Source: a bacterium (lineage in GTDB: Bacteria; Elusimicrobiota; Elusimicrobia; UBA1565; UBA9628). From it: DNA of 64,000 nt. Shown here piece after piece: positions 51,613 through 60,836 of this stretch. The DNA is taken from contig JAJZAK010000003.1 in the NCBI GenBank assembly GCA_021799485.1, positions 29,813 through 93,812 of the forward strand. The letters run 5' to 3'. Every line of letters begins with the position of its first letter. The first letter of the stretch is position 1. The notes under the pieces were generated by a model. That model ran no database searches. It saw nothing but the letters and a program-made list of their open reading frames with translations, and had not been told where the DNA came from. The translations under genes were made by a program, and so were the position numbers.

Positions 51613-53370
51613 ATGCCAGAACAGGAAAAACACGGCGAGCCGGCCGAGGCGCAGGGCGGCCAGGATCAGCCGCCCAAGCCGCAAGAGGCGTCCATGCCGG
51701 CGCCATCGAATCCATCCAGCGGCGGCCCCGCCCGGGAGGGCGAGGCCCGTCGCGAGAGGCACGCGCGGGGCTTCCGCTCGCGGCGGGGGCGCCGCGGACG
51801 GGGAGGCGCCGGGCACGGGGACGGGAGCCACGGCCACGCGCATCCCCATGCTCCCGCGGGCGGGCCGGCGCACGAGCATGCCCAGCGACATCAGCACGCG
51901 CATGCTCCCGCGCCGGCGCCGCGCCAAGGCGGCAAGCCCTCGAAGCGCGAAATTCTCGCCGCCACGAACTTCGAGGAGACGCGCGTCGCTCTCGTTGAGG
52001 ACGGGAGGCTCGCGGAGCTCTTCTGGGAACGAAAGAGCGAGGAGTCCATCGTCGGCAACATTTACAAGGGGACGGTCGAGAACGTTCTGCCGGGCATCTC
52101 CTCGGCTTTCGTGAACATCGGGTACGAGAAGAACGCCTATCTTTACATCTCGGATGTCATCGGCGAGCGCAGCGCTCCCATCGACGCCCGTTTGAAGCGC
52201 GGCCGGCACATCATGGTGCAGGTGGCCAAGGAGGCGATCGGAACAAAGGGAATGAAGGTGAGCATGGATGTGGCGTTGCCAGGAAAATACCTTATCCTGA
52301 CCCCCTTCAGCGATTTCGTCGGCGTTTCGCGTTCGATCGATGATTCCGCCCAGCGCGAGCGCCTGGGGGTGATCGCCCAGGGCCTCGCGACGAAGGGCCT
52401 GGAGGGGCGCGGCCTCATTATACGCACGGAGGCCGAGGGGGTCCAAGCTTCGGAGCTCGAGCGGGAGCTCCAATATCTGCTGTCCCTGTGGAAGACGATC
52501 GAGGAAAAGTTCGAGTCCTCGCAGGCTCCGGCTCTCCTCTACAAGGATCTCGACCTGGCCGACCAGATCGCGCGGGACGTCTTATCGGATGATATCCTGG
52601 TCTACCTCCTCGACGACAGGACCAGCTACCAGAACGTGCTCGACTTTCTGGAGCGGACATCTCCCGAGCTCAAAAACCGAGTGCGTCTCTACGAGGGGAA
52701 AACCCCCATCTTCAAGGCCTACCGGATCGAGGAGGAAATCGAGAAGCTCCGGCAGATCAAGGTCGAGCTCACGAGCGGAGGTTCCATCATCATCCAGGAG
52801 GCGGAATCCCTCTGCGCGATAGACGTCAACACGGGCCGCTTCACGGGCTCGCGCTCGCAGGAGGAGACGGTCACCTTGACGAACATCGAGGCCGCCCAGG
52901 AGGTCGCGCACCAGCTGAGGCTGCGCAACATCGGCGGCATCATCGTCGTTGACTTCATCGACATGAAGAAGGCTTCGAACCGCAACAAGGTGATGGAGGC
53001 GTTTTCCCAGGCGCTCAAGAACGACCGCGCCAAGGTCCGCATTCTGCCGATCACCCGTCTGGGCTTGATCGAACTGACCCGGGAGCGCAAGCGGGAGTCG
53101 ACGGTTTCCTTCATGACCGAGGAGTGCCCGCAATGCAAAGGCTCCGGAAGGGTCCTTTCGGGGGAGACCTTGCGCATCCGCATCCAGCGCGAGATCATGG
53201 AGATGACCGGAGGGCGTCCCGGGGGGCAGGTGCGCCTTCAGCTTCATCCGGGGCTCGCCGAGCAATTTCACGCCAGACTCGGGACGATCGAAAAGAACGT
53301 GCACCGTTCGATCAAGATCGATCCCACGCCGCAGCTTCTGTGGGAGGATTACAGAATCATACTCGAATGA
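51613..53370 (+). CDS. rng: Ribonuclease E/G family with long disordered N-terminus
   Basis: GNIYKG, AFVNIG, IDVNTG, LRNIGGIIVVDFIDM, CPQCKGSG. Confidence 0.93.
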   Translation: MPEQEKHGEPAEAQGGQDQPPKPQEASMPAPSNPSSGGPAREGEARRERHARGFRSRRGRRGRGGAGHGDGSHGHAHPHAPAGGPAHEHAQRHQHAHAPAPAPRQGGKPSKREILAATNFEETRVALVEDGRLAELFWERKSEESIVGNIYKGTVENVLPGISSAFVNIGYEKNAYLYISDVIGERSAPIDARLKRGRHIMVQVAKEAIGTKGMKVSMDVALPGKYLILTPFSDFVGVSRSIDDSAQRERLGVIAQGLATKGLEGRGLIIRTEAEGVQASELERELQYLLSLWKTIEEKFESSQAPALLYKDLDLADQIARDVLSDDILVYLLDDRTSYQNVLDFLERTSPELKNRVRLYEGKTPIFKAYRIEEEIEKLRQIKVELTSGGSIIIQEAESLCAIDVNTGRFTGSRSQEETVTLTNIEAAQEVAHQLRLRNIGGIIVVDFIDMKKASNRNKVMEAFSQALKNDRAKVRILPITRLGLIELTRERKRESTVSFMTEECPQCKGSGRVLSGETLRIRIQREIMEMTGGRPGGQVRLQLHPGLAEQFHARLGTIEKNVHRSIKIDPTPQLLWEDYRIILE

Positions 53371-54185
53371 GGAGATATTTCGCTTCGAGGATCCGGTTCG
53401 GGCTCGCGCGGGCCGCCGGGGCGGCGGTCCTTGTCGCCGTGTTCGCCGCGGCCGCTCCCCCGCGCAAGATCCGCGTCCTCGTCGACCCCGGTCACGGGGG
53501 AAAAGACGCCGGCGCCATCGGCTGGAAAAGGACGAAGGAGAAGGACGTGAATCTGAGAACCGCTCTCGATCTCGCCAAGCGCCTGCGGGAGACGGGCCTT
53601 TTTGACGTGAGGCTCACGCGCACGAAAGACGTCTTCGTGACGCTGCCGAATCGCTGCCGACTGGCGAACGATTGGAAGGCGGATCTCTTCGTCTCGATCC
53701 ACGCCAACTACGCGCACGATCGCCGTGAAAAGGGCGCGGAGGTCTATTTCCTCTCCGATCACGCCTCGGACCCCGAGGCGGCCCGCCTGGCGGAGGTGGA
53801 GAACGCGGCCGACGCCGGGCCTCCGGACCCATCGCGGGACGGCGAGGTCGCCCAATCGATCCTGGGCGTGATGGCGAGAACGGAGAATTTGAACCGAAGC
53901 TCGAAGCTCGCGGCGACCTTGGCTCTGGCCCTGAAAAAAAAGACGACATTGTCGAGCCGCGGCGTCAAGCAGGCGAGCCTCTACGTCCTTCATTGGACGG
54001 ACGCGCCCGCGGCCCTGGTCGAAATGGGATTCGTCTCGAACCGCAAGGATGCCGCGCGCCTCCGTTCCGCCAGTTTTAGGAACAAGATCGCGAAGGCCTT
54101 GGCTTCGGGAATCGTGGAATACGCGCGCAGCAAGGAGTTTGTCGAGCAGATGCGGCAAGGATCCATGACGGCGGGGACGCAATGA
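53367..54185 (+). CDS. N-acetylmuramoyl-L-alanine amidase (Amidase_3)
   Basis: N-terminal signal; DPGHGG.D.GA, FVSIHAN, LVEMGF. Confidence 0.92.
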   Translation: MRRYFASRIRFGLARAAGAAVLVAVFAAAAPPRKIRVLVDPGHGGKDAGAIGWKRTKEKDVNLRTALDLAKRLRETGLFDVRLTRTKDVFVTLPNRCRLANDWKADLFVSIHANYAHDRREKGAEVYFLSDHASDPEAARLAEVENAADAGPPDPSRDGEVAQSILGVMARTENLNRSSKLAATLALALKKKTTLSSRGVKQASLYVLHWTDAPAALVEMGFVSNRKDAARLRSASFRNKIAKALASGIVEYARSKEFVEQMRQGSMTAGTQ

Positions 54186-54997
54186 GACGGGCGGATGTCT
54201 CTCGGCCGATCGGGGTTTTCGATTCCGGCTTGGGGGGGCTGACCGTCTTTAAGGCGCTGTCTCGTCGCCTCCCCGGGGAGGACCTTGTTTATTTCGGGGA
54301 CACCGCCCATGTTCCCTATGGATCTAAATCGGCCGCGGAGGTCGAGCGCTGTTCCCTGGCCGCGGCGCGGTTTCTCATGGGGAAACATATCAAGGCCCTG
54401 GTCGTCGCCTGCAACACGTCGTCGGCCTTGGCGCTTCCCAGGCTGCGCCGGGAGCTTCCAGTCCCCGTGATGGGCGTCATCGAGCCGGGGGCGCGGGCCG
54501 CCGCCTTAGCCAGTCGCGGAGGAAAGGTCGGCGTGATCGGGACGGAAGCCACCGTTTTGTCGGGCGCCTACCCGGAGGCGCTTCGAAGAGCTCTTCCGGG
54601 CGCCAAGATCAAGGCCGCCGCGTGCCCGCTCTTTGTTCCCTTGGTGGAGGAGGGCTGGTGGGGCGGTCCGGTGGCCTTGGAGACGGCCCGGCGCTATCTC
54701 TCTCCCATGAAGCGCTTCGGAGCCGACACCTTGATCCTCGGGTGCACGCATTACCCGCTTTTGAAGGGAGTGATCGGCCGTGTCATGGGTCCCGGCGTTC
54801 GGCTCGTTGACTCGGCCGTCGAGGCCTCGAAGGAAGCGGCGCGGCAGCTTGAGGCGATGGGGCTTCGGAGAGTCGCGGCGTCGCGCCGGGGGCGCTGGTC
54901 GTTCTACGCCTCGGATGCCCCCCGGCGTGTGCTGCGCTTGGCGCGGCGGTGGCTTGGGACGGGAGAGCTCCGCGTCGAGCTCGCGAATTTGCCATGA
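54182..54997 (+). CDS. murI: Glutamate racemase
   Basis: FDSGLGGLTV, ACNTSS, LGCTHYP. Confidence 0.97.
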   Translation: MRRADVSRPIGVFDSGLGGLTVFKALSRRLPGEDLVYFGDTAHVPYGSKSAAEVERCSLAAARFLMGKHIKALVVACNTSSALALPRLRRELPVPVMGVIEPGARAAALASRGGKVGVIGTEATVLSGAYPEALRRALPGAKIKAAACPLFVPLVEEGWWGGPVALETARRYLSPMKRFGADTLILGCTHYPLLKGVIGRVMGPGVRLVDSAVEASKEAARQLEAMGLRRVAASRRGRWSFYASDAPRRVLRLARRWLGTGELRVELANLP

Positions 54998-55668
54998 CCA
55001 GGAATCAGGAAAAACAAGCTCATCCGCGCTGGCTTGAGATCGCGAAGGCCCGGATCGACAACGGGTTGAGCCGCTTGGGGAAATCGCTTGATGCGAGCCA
55101 TCCCGTCGACAGGGCCCTCATGCTCCTGACGGCCCGGATGGTCTCCGTCGCCGACGCCGCGGCGCTTTTGTGCCTGCGCGACCACGCGGCGGAGGCGCCT
55201 CCCCTGTCTGTCGCGCTGATCGGCTTCGCGGCCGAGATGCGCGAGATCGCGCGGGATTCCGACGAAGCGCGCGCCCGGCGCTTCCTCGACGGCGAGCCGG
55301 TCGTGCTGTGCGGGGACCCCCGCTGGCGCGCGGAGTTCGACTGGCGCCTCAAGAGCCTGGGCTTCCAGGAGGAGCTGCGGGATGCCCTCCGCGCTTGGCA
55401 GATCGCTTTCGTCAGGGGAGGAGCCGGCGGCCTTCCCTGGAGCCATCTCTTCGACGCCCGTCCGGCCGCGGATGCCGCGGAGCGGGATTGGCTTGAGGCG
55501 GCGGCGATATCCATGGGGCACGCGCTTAAGGCGCTTGAAACCCGCTGGCCGAAAGCCTTCCCCGGCGCGGCCGAGGATTTGTGGTCCGAAATCGTCCGCG
55601 GCCGCCCCCAAGCCCGCCCTGCCTTCCGGCAGGCAGGCGAACAAAGTCGCAAGGAGAATAGCCCATGA
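54994..55668 (+). CDS. Hypothetical helical protein (possible degenerate DUF5677/HEPN-like)
   Basis: ATGA overlaps at both ends; all-helical pattern; family assignment is pattern-based only. Confidence 0.6.
   Translation: MTRNQEKQAHPRWLEIAKARIDNGLSRLGKSLDASHPVDRALMLLTARMVSVADAAALLCLRDHAAEAPPLSVALIGFAAEMREIARDSDEARARRFLDGEPVVLCGDPRWRAEFDWRLKSLGFQEELRDALRAWQIAFVRGGAGGLPWSHLFDARPAADAAERDWLEAAAISMGHALKALETRWPKAFPGAAEDLWSEIVRGRPQARPAFRQAGEQSRKENSP
55618..55639 (+). repeat. Short palindromic repeat copy, 3' end of the gene before rho
   Basis: CCTGCCTTCCGGCAGGCAGGCG. Confidence 0.65.
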
Positions 55669-56681
55669 GCGAAGCAAGAAGATACGAGCACCGTCCGAGG
55701 TTTTTCAGGCCGAGGCATCGGCCCAAGCACGGCTACGGCGGCTGGCAGGGAGGCGGACAGCACCAACAGAACCCGCAGAAGCGCTTCAACAAAGGCTCCG
55801 ACATGACCGTTGATTTGGGGCCGGCGGAAAAGGAGTTCATGACGAAAACCCCCGTCGACCCCATGGAGTGGATTTCTCTCGAGAAAGGCTCGAACGATCC
55901 CTCGATGCGGGCGGTGGACCTCCTCTGTCCGATCGGGAAGGGGACACGAGGGCTCATCGTCGCCCCGCCCAAGGTGGGAAAGACGACATTTCTCAAGCAG
56001 ATATCCAACGCCGTCAAGGAGAGCGCGCCCGAAATCCAGCAGTACTGCCTGCTGGTCGACGAGCGCCCCGAGGAAGTCACGGACTTCAAGCGCAGCGTCC
56101 CGGCGGAAGTGCACGCTTCCTCAAGCGACCAGTCCTACGAAAACCATGTGGTCGTCGCCGAGGCGCTTATGCGCAAGGCCGTCGAGGACGCGAACGCCGG
56201 CAAGGATGTCTTCCTCCTTATCGACTCCCTCACCAGGCTTTCGCGGGTGCACAACCAGTTCTCGCCCGGCAACCGCACGATGTCGGGGGGGCTCGACTCG
56301 AGGGCGATGGTGATCCCCCGGCGCTTCTTCGGTCTGGCGAGAAAGATCGAGGAGGGAGGGTCTCTCACCATCTTGGCGACCATCCTTGTGGACACCGGAA
56401 GCAAAATGGACGACATCATCTTCCAGGAGTTCAAAGGGACGGGCAACATGGATCTGGTCCTCTACCGGCCCGCGGCCGATATGCGCATCTTCCCGGCGCT
56501 CAAGATCCGCGATACCGGAACGCGCAAGGAGGAAAAGCTCCTTCCGCCGGATTTTCTGGAGGGCGCCTGGAAGCTGCGGCGTCATATGGCGGGCCTCTCC
56601 GACATCGAGGCCATCAAGGCCCTGACCGAGCTCCTGCGCAGCTACAAGACGAACAAGGCGCTCCTGGGGGCCCTGCGTTGA
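55665..56681 (+). CDS. rho: Transcription termination factor Rho, N-terminally short form (338 aa)
   Basis: PIGKGTRGLIVAPPKVGKT, DERPEEVTD, DSLTRL, EEGGSLTILAT, EFKGTGNM, GTRKEE. Confidence 0.92.
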   Translation: MSEARRYEHRPRFFRPRHRPKHGYGGWQGGGQHQQNPQKRFNKGSDMTVDLGPAEKEFMTKTPVDPMEWISLEKGSNDPSMRAVDLLCPIGKGTRGLIVAPPKVGKTTFLKQISNAVKESAPEIQQYCLLVDERPEEVTDFKRSVPAEVHASSSDQSYENHVVVAEALMRKAVEDANAGKDVFLLIDSLTRLSRVHNQFSPGNRTMSGGLDSRAMVIPRRFFGLARKIEEGGSLTILATILVDTGSKMDDIIFQEFKGTGNMDLVLYRPAADMRIFPALKIRDTGTRKEEKLLPPDFLEGAWKLRRHMAGLSDIEAIKALTELLRSYKTNKALLGALR

Positions 56682-57049
56682 AAGAGGACCTTAAGCCGGG
56701 CATGGTCAAGCCTATCGGCCCTTACTCTCCGGCCAGGGCCGCGGGCGAGTGGCTCTTCGTTTCGGGGCAGATCGCCTTGGACGAGTCGGGTCAGCTCGTC
56801 CAGGGGACGGCCGCGCGCCAGGCGGAAATCTGTCTTCGGCATCTGGGCGCGCGCTTGCGGGAGGCGGGATTTTCCCCCGCGGATGTCGTCAAGACGACGG
56901 TCTTCCTCGCCGACATGGGTAGCTTCGCCGAGGTCAACGAGGTCTACGCGAAGTTCTTCGCCCCTCCCTATCCGGCGAGGTCCGCCGTGGCTGTCGTGGC
57001 GCTCCCCAAGGGCGCCGCCGTCGAGATCGAGGCTGTCGCGCGGCGATAG
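56678..57049 (+). CDS. ridA: RidA/YjgF enamine-imine deaminase (start TTG 56678 or ATG 56702)
   Basis: IGPYS, FVSGQI, VVKTTVFL, PARS, LPKGAAVEIE. Confidence 0.93.
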   Translation: MKEDLKPGMVKPIGPYSPARAAGEWLFVSGQIALDESGQLVQGTAARQAEICLRHLGARLREAGFSPADVVKTTVFLADMGSFAEVNEVYAKFFAPPYPARSAVAVVALPKGAAVEIEAVARR

Positions 57050-57056
57050 CGCGTTC

Positions 57057-59141
57057 GTGCCGCAGCCCAGAAAAGCGGTTCCTTTGACGATCGCCGCCCT
57101 GATCTGGGCGGGCGCGGTGATCATCGCGCGGGCAGTCCATGTCGCGGCAAAAAAACCAAGCGGCCCGGCGGCGCCTGCGCGATGGTTGACGGGCGCCCTC
57201 GCCGTGGGCTCCCATTTCGCTTCGTTCTGGGCGGCGCATGCGGCGAGGCTCGCGCTGTGCCTCCTTTTTTTCGCGGGCGTCCATGCCTGCGGGCGTTGGG
57301 CGCTTGAAGGAATCCTGGAGGCGGATCGCGACGCGGAGACGGAGGCCCTTCGTCCGTTGTTCTCCATCGCGCTGGGGCTCGGTTTAGTCGGCTACCTCGC
57401 CTTCTTCATGGCGGCCGCGGGGTTGTCGGGCCGGGGGTGGGCCGACGCGGGCTTCGCGATGGTGTCTGGACTTGGAGCCTGGAACTTGCGGCGCTTTGGA
57501 AAAAGGCCAAGGATCGCGTCGTTCTCATGGCTCTTGGAGCGCCGCGGCATCCTGGAGCGTGGCGCGCTTCTTTTCCTAGCCGCGGGCCTTGCGTATTCTT
57601 TTTTGGGGACCACGGTTCCCGAGGTCTTTTATGACGCGCTCGTTTATCATTTGGCCGTTCCGCAGGCCTATCTGGCCTCGGGCCGCATGGTCGACCTTCC
57701 CTATAACCATTATTCGTATTTGCCGCTCTTCGTTTCGATGCTCTATTACTGGGCGCTCGCCGCCGGGGGGATGTACGCGGCGAAGATATTCGCTTTTTTC
57801 CTGGGCCTCTGCCTTTTGGCGGCGCTCGTCGCCGGGGGCAGGTTTTTCAAGGATTGGGGCTCGGGACTTGTCGCGGCGGCGCTCTTCCTGGGGGCGCCTC
57901 TCGTGCTGCTTCTTTTTTGGGAGTGCAACTCGGATGGCGGCGCGGCGTTTTACCTCGCCCTCTCGATCTTGAGCTTCGCCCAGTGGCGCCGCCGCGGGGC
58001 CGACGCCCGCCGGTGGCTCTATCTTTCGGGACTTATGGGAGGACTCGCCCTGGCCTCCAAGTATACGACAGCCATCGGCGTCGCGTGCCTGGCTTTCGCG
58101 GCGTTCGTCGCGACGTCGCGCGCGGGTCTCCGGAGGCGGTTGGGAACCTTGATGCTCTACGCGGCCTTGATGATGGCTCCGCTTCTTCCCTGGTGGGTCC
58201 GCAACGGAGTTTATGCGGGGAATCCCTTTTATCCGTACCTGGCCGGCGTTCTGGGGGGGCCGAACGCCGAGTCGGCCTTGCTTGAGGGGTGGCGCGCGGA
58301 TGCGCGCGGTGGTTCTCCGGGATTTCACCCGTCGGCGATGGCGGCAAAGATATGGCGGGACGCCATGCGCGGGTTCGAGCATCCTTCTTATTACGATACG
58401 GGCCCCGCTTTTGTCGCATTCCTTCCCTGGACCGCTTGGGCGGTCCAGGAGACTTGGGGACCGTTTTTGGCGGTCTATGCCGCGAGCGCCTATGGGCTCG
58501 GGCTGTGCGCGACATACGTCACCCGGTTTCTGACGCCGTATCTCATTCCAGTCTGTTGGCTCTTGGCCGTCGGCATCGTCGCGGCGGCGGCGACCAGGGC
58601 CGTCGCGCTGTGTCTCGGGACGTTGCTCGCGGCCAGCCTGTTCGCCAATCTCTACCAGCTTTCGAAAGTGACGCTGGGGACAAGCGGAAGAGGCTTGGCT
58701 GTCGCGGAAGGCTTGATGACGCCCGAGACCTACTTGAGCAAGCAGCGCAACCTCTATCCCCAACCCAGCTACGGGGCCTGGAGCTATCTCAGAAAATACG
58801 GCCTTCCTAAGGAGGGGGCCATTTTATTGATAGGAGATTCGCGCGCCTTCTACAGCCCGGCGCCGACGATCGCCGGGGCTCCCTATGACCCGCCGCCGGC
58901 TTTCGCGTGGGCGCGCGCTTCAAGGGATCCGGAGGAGCTCTGGAGAAAACTGCGGGAGGAGGGCGTGAGCGTCGTGGTATCGAACGGCGCGGAACTCCAA
59001 CGAGACTATCCCGCGGCCTACAGGGACGACAGGAGATCCATCGCGATGATCTCGCGGACGCTCAAGGACCACTTTAAGTTGGTTTATCAGGATCGCTATG
59101 CGGTCGTCTATCTTCTCCGAAATCCCGCATCCTCTTCTTGA
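57057..59141 (+). CDS. Polytopic membrane protein, GT-C (PMT/ArnT-like) glycosyltransferase
   Basis: Many TM segments; YDALVYHL..P loop, SKYT, PWWVRN..GNPFYP. Confidence 0.7.
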   Translation: MPQPRKAVPLTIAALIWAGAVIIARAVHVAAKKPSGPAAPARWLTGALAVGSHFASFWAAHAARLALCLLFFAGVHACGRWALEGILEADRDAETEALRPLFSIALGLGLVGYLAFFMAAAGLSGRGWADAGFAMVSGLGAWNLRRFGKRPRIASFSWLLERRGILERGALLFLAAGLAYSFLGTTVPEVFYDALVYHLAVPQAYLASGRMVDLPYNHYSYLPLFVSMLYYWALAAGGMYAAKIFAFFLGLCLLAALVAGGRFFKDWGSGLVAAALFLGAPLVLLLFWECNSDGGAAFYLALSILSFAQWRRRGADARRWLYLSGLMGGLALASKYTTAIGVACLAFAAFVATSRAGLRRRLGTLMLYAALMMAPLLPWWVRNGVYAGNPFYPYLAGVLGGPNAESALLEGWRADARGGSPGFHPSAMAAKIWRDAMRGFEHPSYYDTGPAFVAFLPWTAWAVQETWGPFLAVYAASAYGLGLCATYVTRFLTPYLIPVCWLLAVGIVAAAATRAVALCLGTLLAASLFANLYQLSKVTLGTSGRGLAVAEGLMTPETYLSKQRNLYPQPSYGAWSYLRKYGLPKEGAILLIGDSRAFYSPAPTIAGAPYDPPPAFAWARASRDPEELWRKLREEGVSVVVSNGAELQRDYPAAYRDDRRSIAMISRTLKDHFKLVYQDRYAVVYLLRNPASSS

Positions 59142-60006
59142 GAAGCGCGCGCTTCTCGGGGGCCAGCGGCACGAGGGGCGGGCGCAGGATGTCCCTGGAG
59201 AGTCCCGCCAGGGCCAGGGCGGCCTTGAGCGGGATCGGGTTCGACTCCCCATAGAGGGCCTTGATGGCCGGAAGCATTCGAAGATGGATCTCGCGCGCGC
59301 GTCTAAAGTCGTCGCCGAGGGCCGCCCGATAAAGCTCGGCGACGTTTGCCGGCGCGAGATTGGACAGGACGCTGACCGCCCCTCGGGCGCCGACCGAAAG
59401 CATGGGGAGGATCAGCGAGTCGTCTCCCGCGAGGAGGGAAAAGTCCGGAGGCGCCAGACGCAGGATCTCGCTGGCCTGGTCGAGGCTTCCTGAGGATTCC
59501 TTGACGGCGATGATGCGGGGGATCTCCCGGGCCATGCGGGCCACCGTTTCCGGCTCGATGTTGACCGCCGTCCGGCCTGGAATATTGTAGATGATGATCG
59601 GAATCTTGGTGGCCCTGGAGATGGAGGAGTAATGAGCGGCGATGCCGCGCTGGGGCGGCTTATTGTAGGAAGGGGCCGTCACGAGAAGAGCCTGCGCGCC
59701 CGCGGATTGGGCTCTCTGTGCAAGCCGGACGGCCGCGGCCGTGTTGTTGACGCCCACGCCGGCGATGATGATCATGTCTCCGGCTTCCGCGATGGCGGCG
59801 CGGATCAGAGCCGCCAACTCCCCGGGCTCAAGCGCGCTTCCCTCTCCGGTTGAGCCGCCGATCACGACGCCTTCGACGCCTGCGGCGGCCTGCCGCCGCA
59901 GCAGCCGGCGGAAAGCGGGCATGTCGAGGGAGAAGCCGGGACGAAACGGCGTCGCGAGCGCGGTAAAGACGCCGGCGAGGGGCAGGCGTATCCGGCGCGC
60001 GATCAC
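59074..60006 (-). CDS. dapA: 4-hydroxy-tetrahydrodipicolinate synthase
   Basis: TALATPF, GSTGE, YNIPGRT, VKES, NPIPLK. Confidence 0.95.
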   Translation of the reverse strand: MIARRIRLPLAGVFTALATPFRPGFSLDMPAFRRLLRRQAAAGVEGVVIGGSTGEGSALEPGELAALIRAAIAEAGDMIIIAGVGVNNTAAAVRLAQRAQSAGAQALLVTAPSYNKPPQRGIAAHYSSISRATKIPIIIYNIPGRTAVNIEPETVARMAREIPRIIAVKESSGSLDQASEILRLAPPDFSLLAGDDSLILPMLSVGARGAVSVLSNLAPANVAELYRAALGDDFRRAREIHLRMLPAIKALYGESNPIPLKAALALAGLSRDILRPPLVPLAPEKRALLKKRMRDFGEDRRPHSDPDKPT

Positions 60007-60836
60007 AAGCGGATGCTCCCTTGATAGACGGTCCGCGCCGGGCCTTCCAGCCACAACTCGGCGGGATCATCTCCCGTTTCGACATGGACCCGAAGACGGG
60101 CTCCGCTTTTGACGCGGACGGAGACGGGGGAGCGGCATTTTCCAAGGTGGAGGCCTACCAGCGCCGCGGCGGCCGCGCCCGTCCCGCAGGCGAGCGTCTC
60201 GTCCTCGACGCCCCGCTCGTAGGTGCGCACGGCGATTTCCCGGCGTCCGAAGGCGACGAAGTCGGCGTTCGCTCCCGCCGGCTTGAAGATGGGATGCCGC
60301 CTGAGCGCGCGGCCGATCTCATGGACGGGAAACCGTCCCAAATCGGCGGTTTCGACGACCGCGTGGGGGACTCCCGTGTCGACAAAGTAGACCATAAGCC
60401 GTCGGCCGCCAATCGAGAGGAGCCGCGGAGCGGACACGATGCCGGGAACGGGCAGCCGGATCGCGACGCGCTCGCGGCCCGCGATCCGGGCCCGCAGATC
60501 TCCGGCCTGGGTGAGCAGGGTGAATTCCCGAGCACGCATCCGGCCGCTTTGGTGCGCCCACCATGCCGAGCAGCGCGTGCCGTTGCCGCAAAAAGCCTCG
60601 GAGCCGTCGGCGTTGAAATAACGCATGCGCGGCGAGCCGCGGCCGCCGAAGCTTAGATGGATGAGCCCATCCCCGCCGATTCCTTCGCGGCGGTCGCAAA
60701 GCCGTTTCGCCAGGGCCGCGAGCCCCAGCCGCGCCGGCGTGGAGCGTCCGTTCCGTCGGCGGGTCGTGTCGAGGAGGACGAAGTCGTTGCCGGCTCCGGA
60801 CATCTTGGCAAATCGCAGCGTCAACGGTCGCCCCAT
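60003..60836 (-). CDS. dapF: Diaminopimelate epimerase
   Basis: KMSGAGNDF, CGNGTRC, TGVPH, ERGVEDETLACGTG. Confidence 0.96.
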   Translation of the reverse strand: MGRPLTLRFAKMSGAGNDFVLLDTTRRRNGRSTPARLGLAALAKRLCDRREGIGGDGLIHLSFGGRGSPRMRYFNADGSEAFCGNGTRCSAWWAHQSGRMRAREFTLLTQAGDLRARIAGRERVAIRLPVPGIVSAPRLLSIGGRRLMVYFVDTGVPHAVVETADLGRFPVHEIGRALRRHPIFKPAGANADFVAFGRREIAVRTYERGVEDETLACGTGAAAAALVGLHLGKCRSPVSVRVKSGARLRVHVETGDDPAELWLEGPARTVYQGSIRL

